Shown here one piece after another: positions 19,654 to 29,734 of a stretch of DNA of 64,000 nt. Origin of the DNA: Eubacteriales bacterium (GTDB lineage: Bacteria; Bacillota; Clostridia; Oscillospirales; CAG-272); contig JAZQWL010000020.1 of the NCBI GenBank assembly GCA_045632305.1, forward strand, positions 677 through 64,676. Direction: 5' to 3'. A program made the position numbers and the translations under genes. Under the pieces are notes generated by a model, which had not been told where the DNA came from, did not search any database, and saw nothing but the letters and a program-made list of their open reading frames with translations. Position 1 is the first letter of the stretch, and the number at the start of each line of letters is the position of its first letter.

Positions 19654-21102
19654 TCAACCAATCTTGAAGGTAGTTCCCGAGCGATCGTCGATAAGAGTTA
19701 CGCCCTTGTCGGCAAGATACTGACGGATTCTGTCCGCCTCGGCAAAGTTCTTTTCCTTCTTTGCTATCTTTCTCTTCTCGATAAGGTCGATCGTCTCGGC
19801 AACGAGAGGATCGTTTCTGTCAAAGCCCGCGTAAATATCAACAGTTGCCTCTGCCGCCTTTGCCGCTCTTACCTTATCGGCAGCCGCAAGCATATTAATG
19901 CCGAGAACTCTGTCAAAATCGTCAAGAAGTGCAAGCTTTGTTCTGCCGTTCGTCTTCATCTTGAGCACGTCATAAAGTGCTGTAATACCAAGAGAGGTGT
20001 TAAGATCGTTGTCAAGAGCCGCCATAAACTTTGCCTTGCCCTCTTCGAATGCAGCACCGTCAAGCTCACCGTCATTCTTATCAAGTGCAGCGATCTTCTG
20101 GATAAGCTTGTTGTAAGCTACAACCGCATTATCAAGATTTTCATAGGAGAATACAAGATTCTTTCTGTAGTGTGACTGCAAGCAGAAGAATCTGTAAGCC
20201 ATAGGATCATAGCCCTTGGATTCAAGCAAGGAAACTGTCAAAAATTCGCCTGTGGACTTTGACATCTTACCCGAATTTGTATTTAAGTGAAGCACGTGGA
20301 ACCAATAGTTGCACCACTTGTGACCGAGGAATGCCTCGGACTGCGCAATTTCATTTGTATGGTGGGGGAACGCGTTATCAATTCCGCCACAGTGAATATC
20401 GAGATATTCACCAAGGAACTTCATGGATATACCCGAGCATTCAATGTGCCAGCCGGGATAACCGATGCCCCAAGGAGATTCCCATTTGAGTTCCTGATCG
20501 TCAAACTTGGACTTTGTAAACCAAAGCACGAAGTCCGCCTTGTTTTTCTTGTTTTCGTCACCCTCAACGCCCTCGCGAACACCAACCTCAAGGTCGTCCT
20601 CGTTAAAGTCACCGAATACGTAGTACTGATCGAGCTTGGAGGTGTCAAAATAAACGTTGCCGCCCGCTACGTAGGCATAGCCCTTTTCGAGCAAGCCCTC
20701 AACAAGTGCGATAAATTCCGCGATACAACCTGTCGCGGGCTGTACTATATTAGGAGTTTTGATATTGAGCTTCTTGCAATCCTCAAAGAAAGCGTCTGTA
20801 TAGAACTTCGCAATCTCAAGAACTGTCTTCTTTTCTCTCTTCGCTCCCTTGAGCATCTTATCTTCACCCGTGTCGCCGTCGCTGGAAAGATGTCCCACGT
20901 CAGTGATGTTCATAACACGGTTAACCTCAAGACCTGTGTAGGAAAGGTACTTTTCAAGCACGTCCTCCATAATGTAAGTGCGGAGATTTCCTATATGAGC
21001 AAAGTGATAAACTGTGGGGCCGCAGGTATACATTGATACCTTTCCTGCCACACGAGGAACGAATTCCTCTCTTTTTCTTGTAAGTGAATTATATAAAATC
21101 AT
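19654..21102 (-). CDS. cysS: Cysteine--tRNA ligase
   Basis: CGPTVY, HIGN, PGWHIECS, FPHH, KMSKS. Confidence 0.97.
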   Translation of the reverse strand: MILYNSLTRKREEFVPRVAGKVSMYTCGPTVYHFAHIGNLRTYIMEDVLEKYLSYTGLEVNRVMNITDVGHLSSDGDTGEDKMLKGAKREKKTVLEIAKFYTDAFFEDCKKLNIKTPNIVQPATGCIAEFIALVEGLLEKGYAYVAGGNVYFDTSKLDQYYVFGDFNEDDLEVGVREGVEGDENKKNKADFVLWFTKSKFDDQELKWESPWGIGYPGWHIECSGISMKFLGEYLDIHCGGIDNAFPHHTNEIAQSEAFLGHKWCNYWFHVLHLNTNSGKMSKSTGEFLTVSLLESKGYDPMAYRFFCLQSHYRKNLVFSYENLDNAVVAYNKLIQKIAALDKNDGELDGAAFEEGKAKFMAALDNDLNTSLGITALYDVLKMKTNGRTKLALLDDFDRVLGINMLAAADKVRAAKAAEATVDIYAGFDRNDPLVAETIDLIEKRKIAKKEKNFAEADRIRQYLADKGVTLIDDRSGTTFKIG

Positions 21103-21115
21103 TGTATTTCTCCGA

Positions 21116-21988
21116 TTATTTTCTGCTTAAAATGTTGTCCCTTATCTGCGAGCCGCGTCTTAATGCCAGCTTGCAAAGCTCGGTTCTGTAATTTATATCG
21201 CGGGAAAGATGTCCCGTTCTGATTTCCATTTCAATCGCGCCGATATATCCGATCTGCTTGAGCGCCGCAACTATATTACACCAATTAACGGTGCAGTCCT
21301 TGTCGCGCGGAACTCTGTGATCGTCGTGGATACCGTCGTTATCGTGAACGTGCAAAAGCTCAAGCGTATCCGCAAGAGTGAGTATCTCCTCACCCTGATT
21401 GAGCCCCGTAATATTGGCGTGTCCCGTATCCCAACAGTTGCCACAACCGAGCACCTTCGCCAAAAGATAAATTTCGGACGCCTTCGAGCCGTAGAGATGA
21501 TCGTATCTCTCGCGGTGTCCCGCCATGTTTTCAATTAAAAGCTTCACACCGCGCGCGGCAGCATATTCAACCAAGGGAGATAAGAACTCAACGTTCTTTA
21601 TTATCCATTCCTCAAGTGTTTTCTTGCTTTGATAGTAAGCTACGGGGTGAATTACCGCAAGCTTTACTCCAAGATATGCCGTAGCGTCAATACCCGCGCG
21701 AAGCTCTGGGATGTACTTTGTTGCAAACTCCTCGCTATCGGGCGCAGGCATATAGAAAGGAAGATGAGTCGCGTCAAGGGATATCTTCTTTTCCTTCGCC
21801 TTGTTTTTGAGGTTGTAAAGCACCGCCTTATATGCCCCATCAAAGCTCTTCAGCCCGTCAAGAGAAATATCAAGCCCCTCAAATCCGACGCGGCCTATAA
21901 AATCCATCATTTCACCCGACGAAAAACGTCCGCCCTCGGCGTAATAGTCATGCATACGCGAAGGTGCTATGATCTTAAGTCTATCCAT
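21116..21988 (-). CDS. Sugar phosphate isomerase/epimerase family TIM-barrel protein
   Basis: IENM, WDTGHAN, HVHDNDG-x-x-DDH, terminal E motif. Confidence 0.8.
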   Translation of the reverse strand: MDRLKIIAPSRMHDYYAEGGRFSSGEMMDFIGRVGFEGLDISLDGLKSFDGAYKAVLYNLKNKAKEKKISLDATHLPFYMPAPDSEEFATKYIPELRAGIDATAYLGVKLAVIHPVAYYQSKKTLEEWIIKNVEFLSPLVEYAAARGVKLLIENMAGHRERYDHLYGSKASEIYLLAKVLGCGNCWDTGHANITGLNQGEEILTLADTLELLHVHDNDGIHDDHRVPRDKDCTVNWCNIVAALKQIGYIGAIEMEIRTGHLSRDINYRTELCKLALRRGSQIRDNILSRK

Positions 21989-22044
21989 CTGCGCTCTCCT
22001 TTCTTTTTTTTACATTTATATTATACATTACGTACAACAAAAAA

Positions 22045-22875
22045 TCAACTGTTTTTACAAATTATATTTTCATAAAGGTCTGCAATCACACCGTCGTTGC
22101 AGTCGCAAAGGCAAAAGTCAGCAATTGCCTTCACCGAGCCAAGCGAATTTTCGGGGCATACCGCAAAATCCGACGCGCAAAGCATTTCAATATCGTTTTC
22201 ATAATCACCCACGGCATAAATTGTAATATTGCCGCCGTAATATTTCCTTAAAAACTCAATTCCGACCGCCTTTGAACATCCGATCGCGTTAAGCTCTAAA
22301 AATCTCGGTGATGAGGTTACAAATTTGAATTTATGAGCAAACAAGGGCTCAATTTTCGATCTTAAATCAAAAAGCTCATCCGCCTCTGCTCTGAAAACGA
22401 TCTTGTATATTGTTTCATTTTCCCATTCTTCTATGGGCATTTCCTTCGCCTTACCACAGCCGTCGCGCAAAAATCCGCCAAAATCCTTGACGATCAAGCC
22501 GCATGCACGGTCGGTAAGAAAGCCGTAATCCATACTGCAACGCATACCGATATTGGAGAAATTTTCTCTTATATAGCGCGCTACTTCCATAGCATCACGG
22601 GAATCGATCTTAAAGTCCGCTACGCTCTCCCCTGTCGAAAAATCGTAAATACAACCGCCGTTGACGGTTATAGCGGGCGCATTCGCGATATTCTGCACCG
22701 ATCCGACCGCATGGGTGATATTGTGATGAGTTCTTCCGGTCGCAAAAGTAAATTTTCCACCCTGCGCCTTGAATTTTTCTATAGCGTCAAGGTTTTTCTC
22801 TACTATTTTCGCCCCCGCGCCGAGAAAAGTACCGTCCATATCCGACACTATAAGTATATTTTCAAATCTCTTCAT
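22045..22875 (-). CDS. Cof-type HAD-IIB hydrolase
   Basis: SDMDGT, ATGR, K, GDYENDIEM motifs. Confidence 0.9.
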   Translation of the reverse strand: MKRFENILIVSDMDGTFLGAGAKIVEKNLDAIEKFKAQGGKFTFATGRTHHNITHAVGSVQNIANAPAITVNGGCIYDFSTGESVADFKIDSRDAMEVARYIRENFSNIGMRCSMDYGFLTDRACGLIVKDFGGFLRDGCGKAKEMPIEEWENETIYKIVFRAEADELFDLRSKIEPLFAHKFKFVTSSPRFLELNAIGCSKAVGIEFLRKYYGGNITIYAVGDYENDIEMLCASDFAVCPENSLGSVKAIADFCLCDCNDGVIADLYENIICKNS

Positions 22876-23852
22876 TGTACGGAGCTTCTGCGGAGCTTTT
22901 CTATCAAAGCTCTCATATTCTCGGGCATTTCCGCCTCAAATGTCATTTCCTCGCCCGTTCTCGGATGTGTCAAGGTAAGCTTGCGCGCGTGCAAGCACTG
23001 ACCGTTTATGAGCGAACGGCTTTGCGTGTAGATCTTATTATTCACACCGCCATAAACCTCGTCACCGAGAAGAGGATGACCGCACGAAGACAGATGAACT
23101 CTGATTTGATGAGTTCTTCCCGTTTCAAGCTGACATTCAACCAAAGTAAGATTGCCCTGCGGGGTTGCAAACCTCTCAAGCACCGTATAATGAGTTATCG
23201 CGTCGCGGCTCTTGATAGCGGGATTTAAAATAACCGCCATTTTCTTTCTGTCAACGGGATGGCGTCCGATGGGCTTATCCACGGTTCCCTCGTCATCCTT
23301 AATATTCCCGAGAGCAATCGCGGTATAAATTCTCGAAACGTTATGCACCTTTATCTGCGCCGCTAAAGCATTGTGCGAAAAATCGTTCTTCGCCACAACG
23401 AGCAAGCCCGAGGTATCCTTGTCAATTCTATGAACGATTCCCGGACGGGCAACACCGCCGATACCCGAAAGCGAGCCCTTACAGTGATAAAGAAGCGCGT
23501 TTACAAGCGTTCCGCTGTAAATTCCGGGCGCGGGATGAACTATCATTCCCTCTTTTTTATTTATTACGATAATGTCATCGTCCTCATAAACCACGTCAAG
23601 CGGAATATTCTCGGGCTCGGCGCGATCAAGCGCGGGCTCGGGAATTGTTACCTCAACTATATCGTCGAGCTTGAGCTTGAGCTTTTTGTCGGCAGACGCG
23701 CCGTTGACGAGAACGTTTCCCTCGTCGATCACCTTTGATGCAAGCGTGCGCGACATATCGCTCACAAGGGAGATAAACTTATCAAGTCGCTCGCCTGCAA
23801 GCTCGCCCGTCACAATAAACGCCTCAATATTCTTTTCTGCCTGATTATTCAT
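22872..23852 (-). CDS. rluD: RluA/RluD-family 23S rRNA pseudouridine synthase with S4 domain
   Basis: RLDKF S4 domain, HRIDKDTSG, GRTHQIRVH; start placed at MNNQ overlapping the lspA stop. Confidence 0.88.
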   Translation of the reverse strand: MNNQAEKNIEAFIVTGELAGERLDKFISLVSDMSRTLASKVIDEGNVLVNGASADKKLKLKLDDIVEVTIPEPALDRAEPENIPLDVVYEDDDIIVINKKEGMIVHPAPGIYSGTLVNALLYHCKGSLSGIGGVARPGIVHRIDKDTSGLLVVAKNDFSHNALAAQIKVHNVSRIYTAIALGNIKDDEGTVDKPIGRHPVDRKKMAVILNPAIKSRDAITHYTVLERFATPQGNLTLVECQLETGRTHQIRVHLSSCGHPLLGDEVYGGVNNKIYTQSRSLINGQCLHARKLTLTHPRTGEEMTFEAEMPENMRALIEKLRRSSVQ

Positions 23853-24381
23853 TTTCGCCATTTTCCGCAGTTGCTGCCGCCTCAAGCTTCTTCTGCTTTT
23901 CAAGCTTGAATTCACGAACGGTATCAACTATCATCCACGCTATAAGCATAAATGAGCCCACTACCACGAAGGAATCCGCCACGTTGAATGGGAAATACCA
24001 GATCTTCGGGAACGCGATGAAATTGATAAAGTCAACTACGTATTTAAGAAAGATTCTGTCGATCATATTTCCGATACCACCGCCCACGATAAGCGCCAGA
24101 GAAGCGCAAAGAAGGACGGACTTCGGCTTTTTCCAGAAAAGATAAACCAACACACCGACAATAGCGACAACGGAGAACGTCATAAAGATCCATCTTCCGC
24201 CCTCTCCCTTCATCGAGCCGAATGCCGCACCCGTGTTCTGCGTATAAATGAACTCGAGAACGTTCGGGATAACGGTCACGCTTCCATGATCAAGCGCGAT
24301 ATTCTGAACTACCAGAAGCTTGGTTACCTGGTCTGCTATGATGCAAAGCGCGATTACCGCGCCCCAAATTACGTAAAACAT
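23845..24381 (-). CDS. lspA: Signal peptidase II
   Basis: DQVTK, NTGAAFG, GGGIGNMIDR, VVDFI, FNVADS. Confidence 0.95.
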   Translation of the reverse strand: MFYVIWGAVIALCIIADQVTKLLVVQNIALDHGSVTVIPNVLEFIYTQNTGAAFGSMKGEGGRWIFMTFSVVAIVGVLVYLFWKKPKSVLLCASLALIVGGGIGNMIDRIFLKYVVDFINFIAFPKIWYFPFNVADSFVVVGSFMLIAWMIVDTVREFKLEKQKKLEAAATAENGENE

Positions 24382-24439
24382 ATAAAATCCTCTAACCTTC
24401 AAAAGCTCGGTGCGTATCCCGAGCTTTTGAAAAATATTT

Positions 24440-27247
24440 TTAAATTATGATCTTCTTGCAACGAGTACAGATAAATCCGCCCTCATCGTCATGCTCACCT
24501 TCAAGAGAGAAGGACCAGCAACGGTCACACTTGCATCCGTCAGCGGGAGCAACTACTACTGCGATGCCCGACTGTGTTTCAGTGAATGCGCCCTCGGGTG
24601 CTTCTCCGCGAACAACGTTTGCGGCAGACGTAATGTAAATGCCCGCAAGCTCACTTGCAAATCCGCTCATAAGGTCGTAAATTTCGTCGTTTGTTGTGTA
24701 AACCGTAACCTTGGCGTCAAGAGACTTACCGATCATCTTTTCTGCGCGCGCAAGCTCAAGCGCCTTCATTACGTCGTCACGAAGATCGAGAAGCTTTTCC
24801 CACTTTTCACAAAGAGCCGCATTCTTTTCTGCAAACGCCTCGTCATACTTGGGCATGTCGTTGAGGAAAATACTATCCTTCTTGTCCTCATCCGCGTGAG
24901 GCATAGACTGCCAGATCTCTTCCGCAGTAAAGGAAATTACGGGAGCGAGAAGTCTTGTGATCGCCTGAAGAACGCCGTAAAGCGCACTCTGTCCGCTGCG
25001 TCTTGCGTGAGAATCGCTCTTTTCAACGTAGAGACGGTCCTTTGTAATATCAATGTAAAGCTTGGAAAGCTGAATTGTGCAGAACTTGTTGATCGCGTGG
25101 TAAACGATATGGAACTCGTATTCATCGTACGCTTCAAGACAGAGCTTTACGAGCTTGTTCGTTTCAGCGATTATCCATCTGTCGATCTCAAGCATATCGT
25201 CAAAAGCAACGATGTCCGTGTTGGGATCAAAGTCGCCGAGGTTCGCCATCATGATTCTTGCAGTGTTACGGATCTTTCTGTAGGATTCGGAAAGCTGCTT
25301 GAAGATGTTCTCAGAGCATCTTACGTCTGCGTGATAGTCGGAGGAAGCCGCCCAGAGACGAACGAGCTCTGCGCCGTACTTCTTTACGATATCGTCGGGA
25401 GAAATGGAGTTACCGAGAGACTTATGCATTGCCTTGCCCTCGCCGTCAACTACCCAACCGTGTGTAAGAACTGCTTTGAAGGGTGCGCCTACCTTACCCG
25501 TTGAGCCAACTGCGGTAAGAAGGGATGCCTGGAACCAACCTCTGTACTGGTCACCGCCCTCAAGGTAAATTTCGGAGGGCCATGTTTCAGTTTCTCTATC
25601 GCGAAGAACAGCGAAATGAGACGTGCCGGAGTCGAACCAGCCGTCAAGTGTATTCGTTTCCTTTGAGAAGCCGTGCGCCTTGCCGCAATGAGGACATACG
25701 AAGCCCTCACCGAGCATTTCCTCGGCGGACATATCAAACCAAGCGTTAGATCCCTTCTCACCGAAGATCGCAGCAACCTTCTCGATAGTTTCATCGTTGC
25801 AGATGGGCTTCTTGCATTCTTCACAGTAGAATACGGGAATGGGAAGACCCCACTGACGCTGACGGGAAATACACCAGTCTGCTCTCTCGCGGATCATCTG
25901 CTCCATTCTGTCCTGACCCCAGGCGGGAAGCCAGAGAACGTCCTTGCAGGATTCAACTGCCGCATCCTTGAACGCCTCAACAGAGCAGAACCACTGAGGA
26001 GTTGCTCTGAAGATGATGGGAGACTTACATCTCCAGCAGTGAGGATATTCATGCTCGATCTCATTGGATGCGAGAAGCGCGCCGCTCTCCTTCATATCTT
26101 CAAGAATTGCGTCGTTGGATACCGCATAGAAAAGGCCTGCGAACTTGCCTGCCTCCTCCGTCTGATAACCGCGGTCATCAACGGGAACGATAATATCAAT
26201 ATTGTATCTGCGGCATGTCTGGTAGTCGTCTGCACCAAAGCCGGGAGCTGTGTGTACGCAACCCGTACCGCTATCCATTGTAACGTAATCGGCATTTACA
26301 ACCAAGCTCTTTCTGTCAAGGAAAGGATGCTGAGCGGTCATGTATTCGAAGTCCTTACCCGCAAACGTAGCAAGAACGGAATATTCTTCAATGCCTGCCG
26401 CCTTAAGAGTTGCCTCTGTGAGCGCCTTTGCGAGAATGTATGTTTCACCCGAGGGTACCTTTACAAGATCGTAATCTTCAACAGGGTTGAGAGCGATAGC
26501 AAGGTTACCGGGAAGAGTCCATGTTGTAGTTGTCCAGATTACGAAGTATGTGTTGTCAAGATCGCAAACGGATGCGAGCTTACCCTTATCGTCGCAAACC
26601 TTGAACTTTACGTAAATAGACGTACATTTATCAGTCTGGTATTCAATTTCAGCTTCTGCGAGCGCAGTTTCGTCCTTGGGACACCAATAAACGGGCTTAA
26701 GTCCCTTGTATATGTAGCCGCGCTTGAACATCTCTCCGAATACCTTTACTTCGGTTGCTTCGAACTCGGGAGCCATTGTCTTATAGGGATGCTCCCAATC
26801 GGCAACGAGGCCGAGACGCTGGAACTGCTCGCTCTGCTTGTCGATAAAGCCCTGCGCAAACTTTTCGCACTCGGAACGGAATTCGGGAATGCTCATCTTC
26901 TTGCGGTCGATCTTATTCTTCTTGATGATCGCAGACTCGATGGGCATACCGTGGTTGTCCCAACCGGGAACGTAGGAAATTCTGTATCCCTGCATTGCCT
27001 TGTACTTGTTAATAAAGTCCTTGAGGATCTTGTTGAGCGCGTGACCCATGTGAATATTACCGTTAGAGAAAGGAGGGCCATCGTGGAAGGAGAACTTTTC
27101 ATTCTCCGCTCTTTCGTCCTGCATTCTGGTATAAAGATCCATTTCCTTCCAGTAACGGATCGTTTCGGGCTCTCTCTGGGGCAGATTTGCCTTCATCGAG
27201 AACGATGTTTTAGGTAAGTTAAGTGTACTTGTGTAGTCCTTTGACAT
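24440..27247 (-). CDS. ileS: Isoleucine--tRNA ligase (type 1, C-terminal Zn finger)
   Basis: TLNLPKT, DGPP, HMGH, WTTTTWT, DWCISRQR, AMHKS (KMSKS variant), CDRCW...CTRC. Confidence 0.97.
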   Translation of the reverse strand: MSKDYTSTLNLPKTSFSMKANLPQREPETIRYWKEMDLYTRMQDERAENEKFSFHDGPPFSNGNIHMGHALNKILKDFINKYKAMQGYRISYVPGWDNHGMPIESAIIKKNKIDRKKMSIPEFRSECEKFAQGFIDKQSEQFQRLGLVADWEHPYKTMAPEFEATEVKVFGEMFKRGYIYKGLKPVYWCPKDETALAEAEIEYQTDKCTSIYVKFKVCDDKGKLASVCDLDNTYFVIWTTTTWTLPGNLAIALNPVEDYDLVKVPSGETYILAKALTEATLKAAGIEEYSVLATFAGKDFEYMTAQHPFLDRKSLVVNADYVTMDSGTGCVHTAPGFGADDYQTCRRYNIDIIVPVDDRGYQTEEAGKFAGLFYAVSNDAILEDMKESGALLASNEIEHEYPHCWRCKSPIIFRATPQWFCSVEAFKDAAVESCKDVLWLPAWGQDRMEQMIRERADWCISRQRQWGLPIPVFYCEECKKPICNDETIEKVAAIFGEKGSNAWFDMSAEEMLGEGFVCPHCGKAHGFSKETNTLDGWFDSGTSHFAVLRDRETETWPSEIYLEGGDQYRGWFQASLLTAVGSTGKVGAPFKAVLTHGWVVDGEGKAMHKSLGNSISPDDIVKKYGAELVRLWAASSDYHADVRCSENIFKQLSESYRKIRNTARIMMANLGDFDPNTDIVAFDDMLEIDRWIIAETNKLVKLCLEAYDEYEFHIVYHAINKFCTIQLSKLYIDITKDRLYVEKSDSHARRSGQSALYGVLQAITRLLAPVISFTAEEIWQSMPHADEDKKDSIFLNDMPKYDEAFAEKNAALCEKWEKLLDLRDDVMKALELARAEKMIGKSLDAKVTVYTTNDEIYDLMSGFASELAGIYITSAANVVRGEAPEGAFTETQSGIAVVVAPADGCKCDRCWSFSLEGEHDDEGGFICTRCKKIII

Positions 27248-27308
27248 ATCCTTAAAGCTCCTTGAAATAGAGAAAATTTATTCTTGTTTTTTATATTAAC
27301 GCCACCTG

Positions 27309-28112
27309 TCACACGTATTTGTCTGCCAAAAGGCGCAATCTTCCTTTTTTAGTCTGTGTATTAATATCTCGGATGATGAATTTTCCGTAACCGCGAAGGG
27401 TGATTATGTCCCCATTCCTTACGGTCTTATCGCACTTGATCTCCTCGGCATAATTGAGAAGACACACGCCGCTGCCGATGAGATTCTGCGCCTTATCTCT
27501 CGAGAGATTCGCCAAGGACGAAACGACGCAATCAAATCTCGCGGACGCCACGGTATCGGACAAGCTGCGAAATTCCCTTTTGAAGGTGAAGCTCTCATCT
27601 ATCGCCACCATCTCGACCTTGACCTTATCGTTTCCGATCCGCTCAAGTCCCGATATCATCAGCTTAGCAACACTGTCGATAACAAAAACGTAGGCCATGC
27701 GGCTATCCGACACAACGATATCCCCGACCGCCTCACGCTCAACACCGAGCGCGAGAATACTGCCGAGATAATCTCTGTGGGAAAGCTCGCGGTAACCGCT
27801 TCCGACAATTTTTACAGCTCTTACAAGCCCGTCGGACTCATCAGCGAAATATTCTTTTAAAAGCTCGGCGGGACTTGGATCAAGTCCGTCGAGATATGCG
27901 GGCAAAACAATCAGGCGGCATCTCTCGGCTCCGTCAAATCCGCCGTAAAGAATACCCCTTTTGATCCCCCGCGACGCCAAAAATTTTTCAGCGTAATAGC
28001 CTTCCGCGGGAGAGAGGAATTTCGTTGCGGTGAGCATGCCGCCCTCCGACGCCGAAATGTTATCCTCTATCCTCGCTGTAAGCTCCCGATATTCCTGATT
28101 CGATCCTGTCAT
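27309..28112 (-). CDS. ylmH: YlmH/Sll1252-family S4 RNA-binding protein
   Basis: LSHRDYLGSILALG, GDI, C-terminal S4 (RGYGKF...TKKGR); position in the ylm cluster. Confidence 0.9.
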   Translation of the reverse strand: MTGSNQEYRELTARIEDNISASEGGMLTATKFLSPAEGYYAEKFLASRGIKRGILYGGFDGAERCRLIVLPAYLDGLDPSPAELLKEYFADESDGLVRAVKIVGSGYRELSHRDYLGSILALGVEREAVGDIVVSDSRMAYVFVIDSVAKLMISGLERIGNDKVKVEMVAIDESFTFKREFRSLSDTVASARFDCVVSSLANLSRDKAQNLIGSGVCLLNYAEEIKCDKTVRNGDIITLRGYGKFIIRDINTQTKKGRLRLLADKYV

Positions 28113-28114
28113 GA

Positions 28115-28396
28115 TCAGAGAATAACGGTTTCAATTACGGTCTCAAGCACGAATATCAATATAAACGTCATGGAAAACGACATATCGATCGGCGTATCCT
28201 GAAACCAATTCATTTTCTGGAAAAGCTTTCGCATGGGTTGTATCGCAGGTTCCGTTACAACGTACAAAAACTTGATTATGGGATTATTTCCGTTTACGTT
28301 AAACCAACTGAGTATCGCCCGTAAAAACATACAGATCGATATCATCTTGATAAGGTAAAGCGCAAAATAAATCACAACGTATATGGGCTCCGGCAA
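28115..28396 (-). CDS. yggT: YggT/YlmG family membrane protein
   Basis: RAILSWF...TEP...P-x-R...PIDMS. Confidence 0.88.
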   Translation of the reverse strand: MPEPIYVVIYFALYLIKMISICMFLRAILSWFNVNGNNPIIKFLYVVTEPAIQPMRKLFQKMNWFQDTPIDMSFSMTFILIFVLETVIETVIL

Positions 28397-28421
28397 AATA
28401 AACCTCCAAAATTATTAAAGA

Positions 28422-28973
28422 TTATTCCTCGGATTCCTCGTCGCCGTCATCCTCGTCGCCGTAAATTTCCTCAGCGTCGTCGAAGTATTCCTCGGGCTCA
28501 TCTTCAATTTCATCAATATCTGTTTCGGCATCTACGTCTGCGGGGAAAAGCGCAACAACGTCGTTTGTAATTCTTACAAGCTGACCGTCAAGAGCGTGTA
28601 CCGCTCCCATCACGTAGTCGAGCATACGAAGGAAATCCTCGCGCTCAAGCTCAGCAGTATCAATAACGCAAACTCTGCCTATCTTGAAGCATTCAACGAT
28701 CTCCGCGCTGTCGCGATACGTTTCGGGCGCAAAAACAACCTTGTAAAGGGGCTCTTCAACCTCTTCCTCTTCCACAACCTCGGGCTCTTCCTTAACTACG
28801 ATCACGTCGGACGCATCCGCGCCGTATGTAGAATTGTAATCGTCGCCGTCAACTGCCTCCTCCGAAGCTCCCGTGGGATGATCTCCGTAATAAATGTTGT
28901 CGTAATCAACGTCGAAGTCCTCAGCGGGCTCATCCTGCTTACCGAACAACCAAAACTTACCAATCTTGCTCAT
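28422..28973 (-). CDS. sepF: Cell division protein SepF
   Basis: P-x-x-Y-x-D...I...R-x-x-D-Y-x-x-G-x-x-x-AL-x-G core, amphipathic N-terminus; lies between yggS and yggT. Confidence 0.8.
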   Translation of the reverse strand: MSKIGKFWLFGKQDEPAEDFDVDYDNIYYGDHPTGASEEAVDGDDYNSTYGADASDVIVVKEEPEVVEEEEVEEPLYKVVFAPETYRDSAEIVECFKIGRVCVIDTAELEREDFLRMLDYVMGAVHALDGQLVRITNDVVALFPADVDAETDIDEIEDEPEEYFDDAEEIYGDEDDGDEESEE

Positions 28974-29013
28974 TAAAACCTCCCGACCTTTCGGCCTTTA
29001 TTTAAACTAAAAT

Positions 29014-29715
29014 TTAAACCGTATTATTTTTGAACAGCCCGCCGCCGACTCTTACACAAGTCGAGCCGCATTCAACCGCAACTGAAAAGCTGTCCGACAT
29101 ACCCATGGAAAATATCGGCTCGCCGTCTCTTCCAAGCGTTTCCGTCCATATTTTCTCACCAAGCTCACGCGTCAAAGAAAAATACTTGATATACTCTTCT
29201 CTCGAGCTGCCCTTCGGCGCCATCGTCATAAAACCGCAAAGCTTTATGTTTTCAAGCCCCGAAATATCTCGGCAAAGCTGCTCGGCATCCTCGGGCATCA
29301 CTCCGCCCTTGCTCTCTTCCTTAGCGGAATTGATCTCAAGCAGCACGTTCATCACAATGCCATGCTTTTTCGCCTGTCTGTCAATTTCACGCGCAAGCTT
29401 CAATGAATCCAGCGAATGGATAAGTGACACCTTATCAATGATATATTTCACCTTATTCGTCTGCAAAGAGCCGATAAAATGAATATTCAGCCCATCGCGA
29501 TTTATTTTCTCATAGCGTTCAAGCAGCTGCTGAACGCGATTTTCGCCGACGTCGGTAATACCGAGCCCGCGCAAATAATTAATTTCGTCAACGTCCGCGC
29601 TCTTGATAGCCGCAAGAAGCACGGTTTTTTCGGGATCCCTTCCCGAGACGCGCGCGGCATCAAGTATTTTTTCTTTTACGTCCGCGACGTTTCTGTCAAT
29701 GTATGAAAAGTCCAC
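29014..29715 (-). CDS. yggS: YggS/YlmE PLP-homeostasis protein
   Basis: GENRVQ, HFIGSLQTNKVK, SMGMS, VRVG. Confidence 0.94.
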   Translation of the reverse strand: MDFSYIDRNVADVKEKILDAARVSGRDPEKTVLLAAIKSADVDEINYLRGLGITDVGENRVQQLLERYEKINRDGLNIHFIGSLQTNKVKYIIDKVSLIHSLDSLKLAREIDRQAKKHGIVMNVLLEINSAKEESKGGVMPEDAEQLCRDISGLENIKLCGFMTMAPKGSSREEYIKYFSLTRELGEKIWTETLGRDGEPIFSMGMSDSFSVAVECGSTCVRVGGGLFKNNTV

Positions 29716-29734
29716 TTCAGTATCCTTCCGCGTT

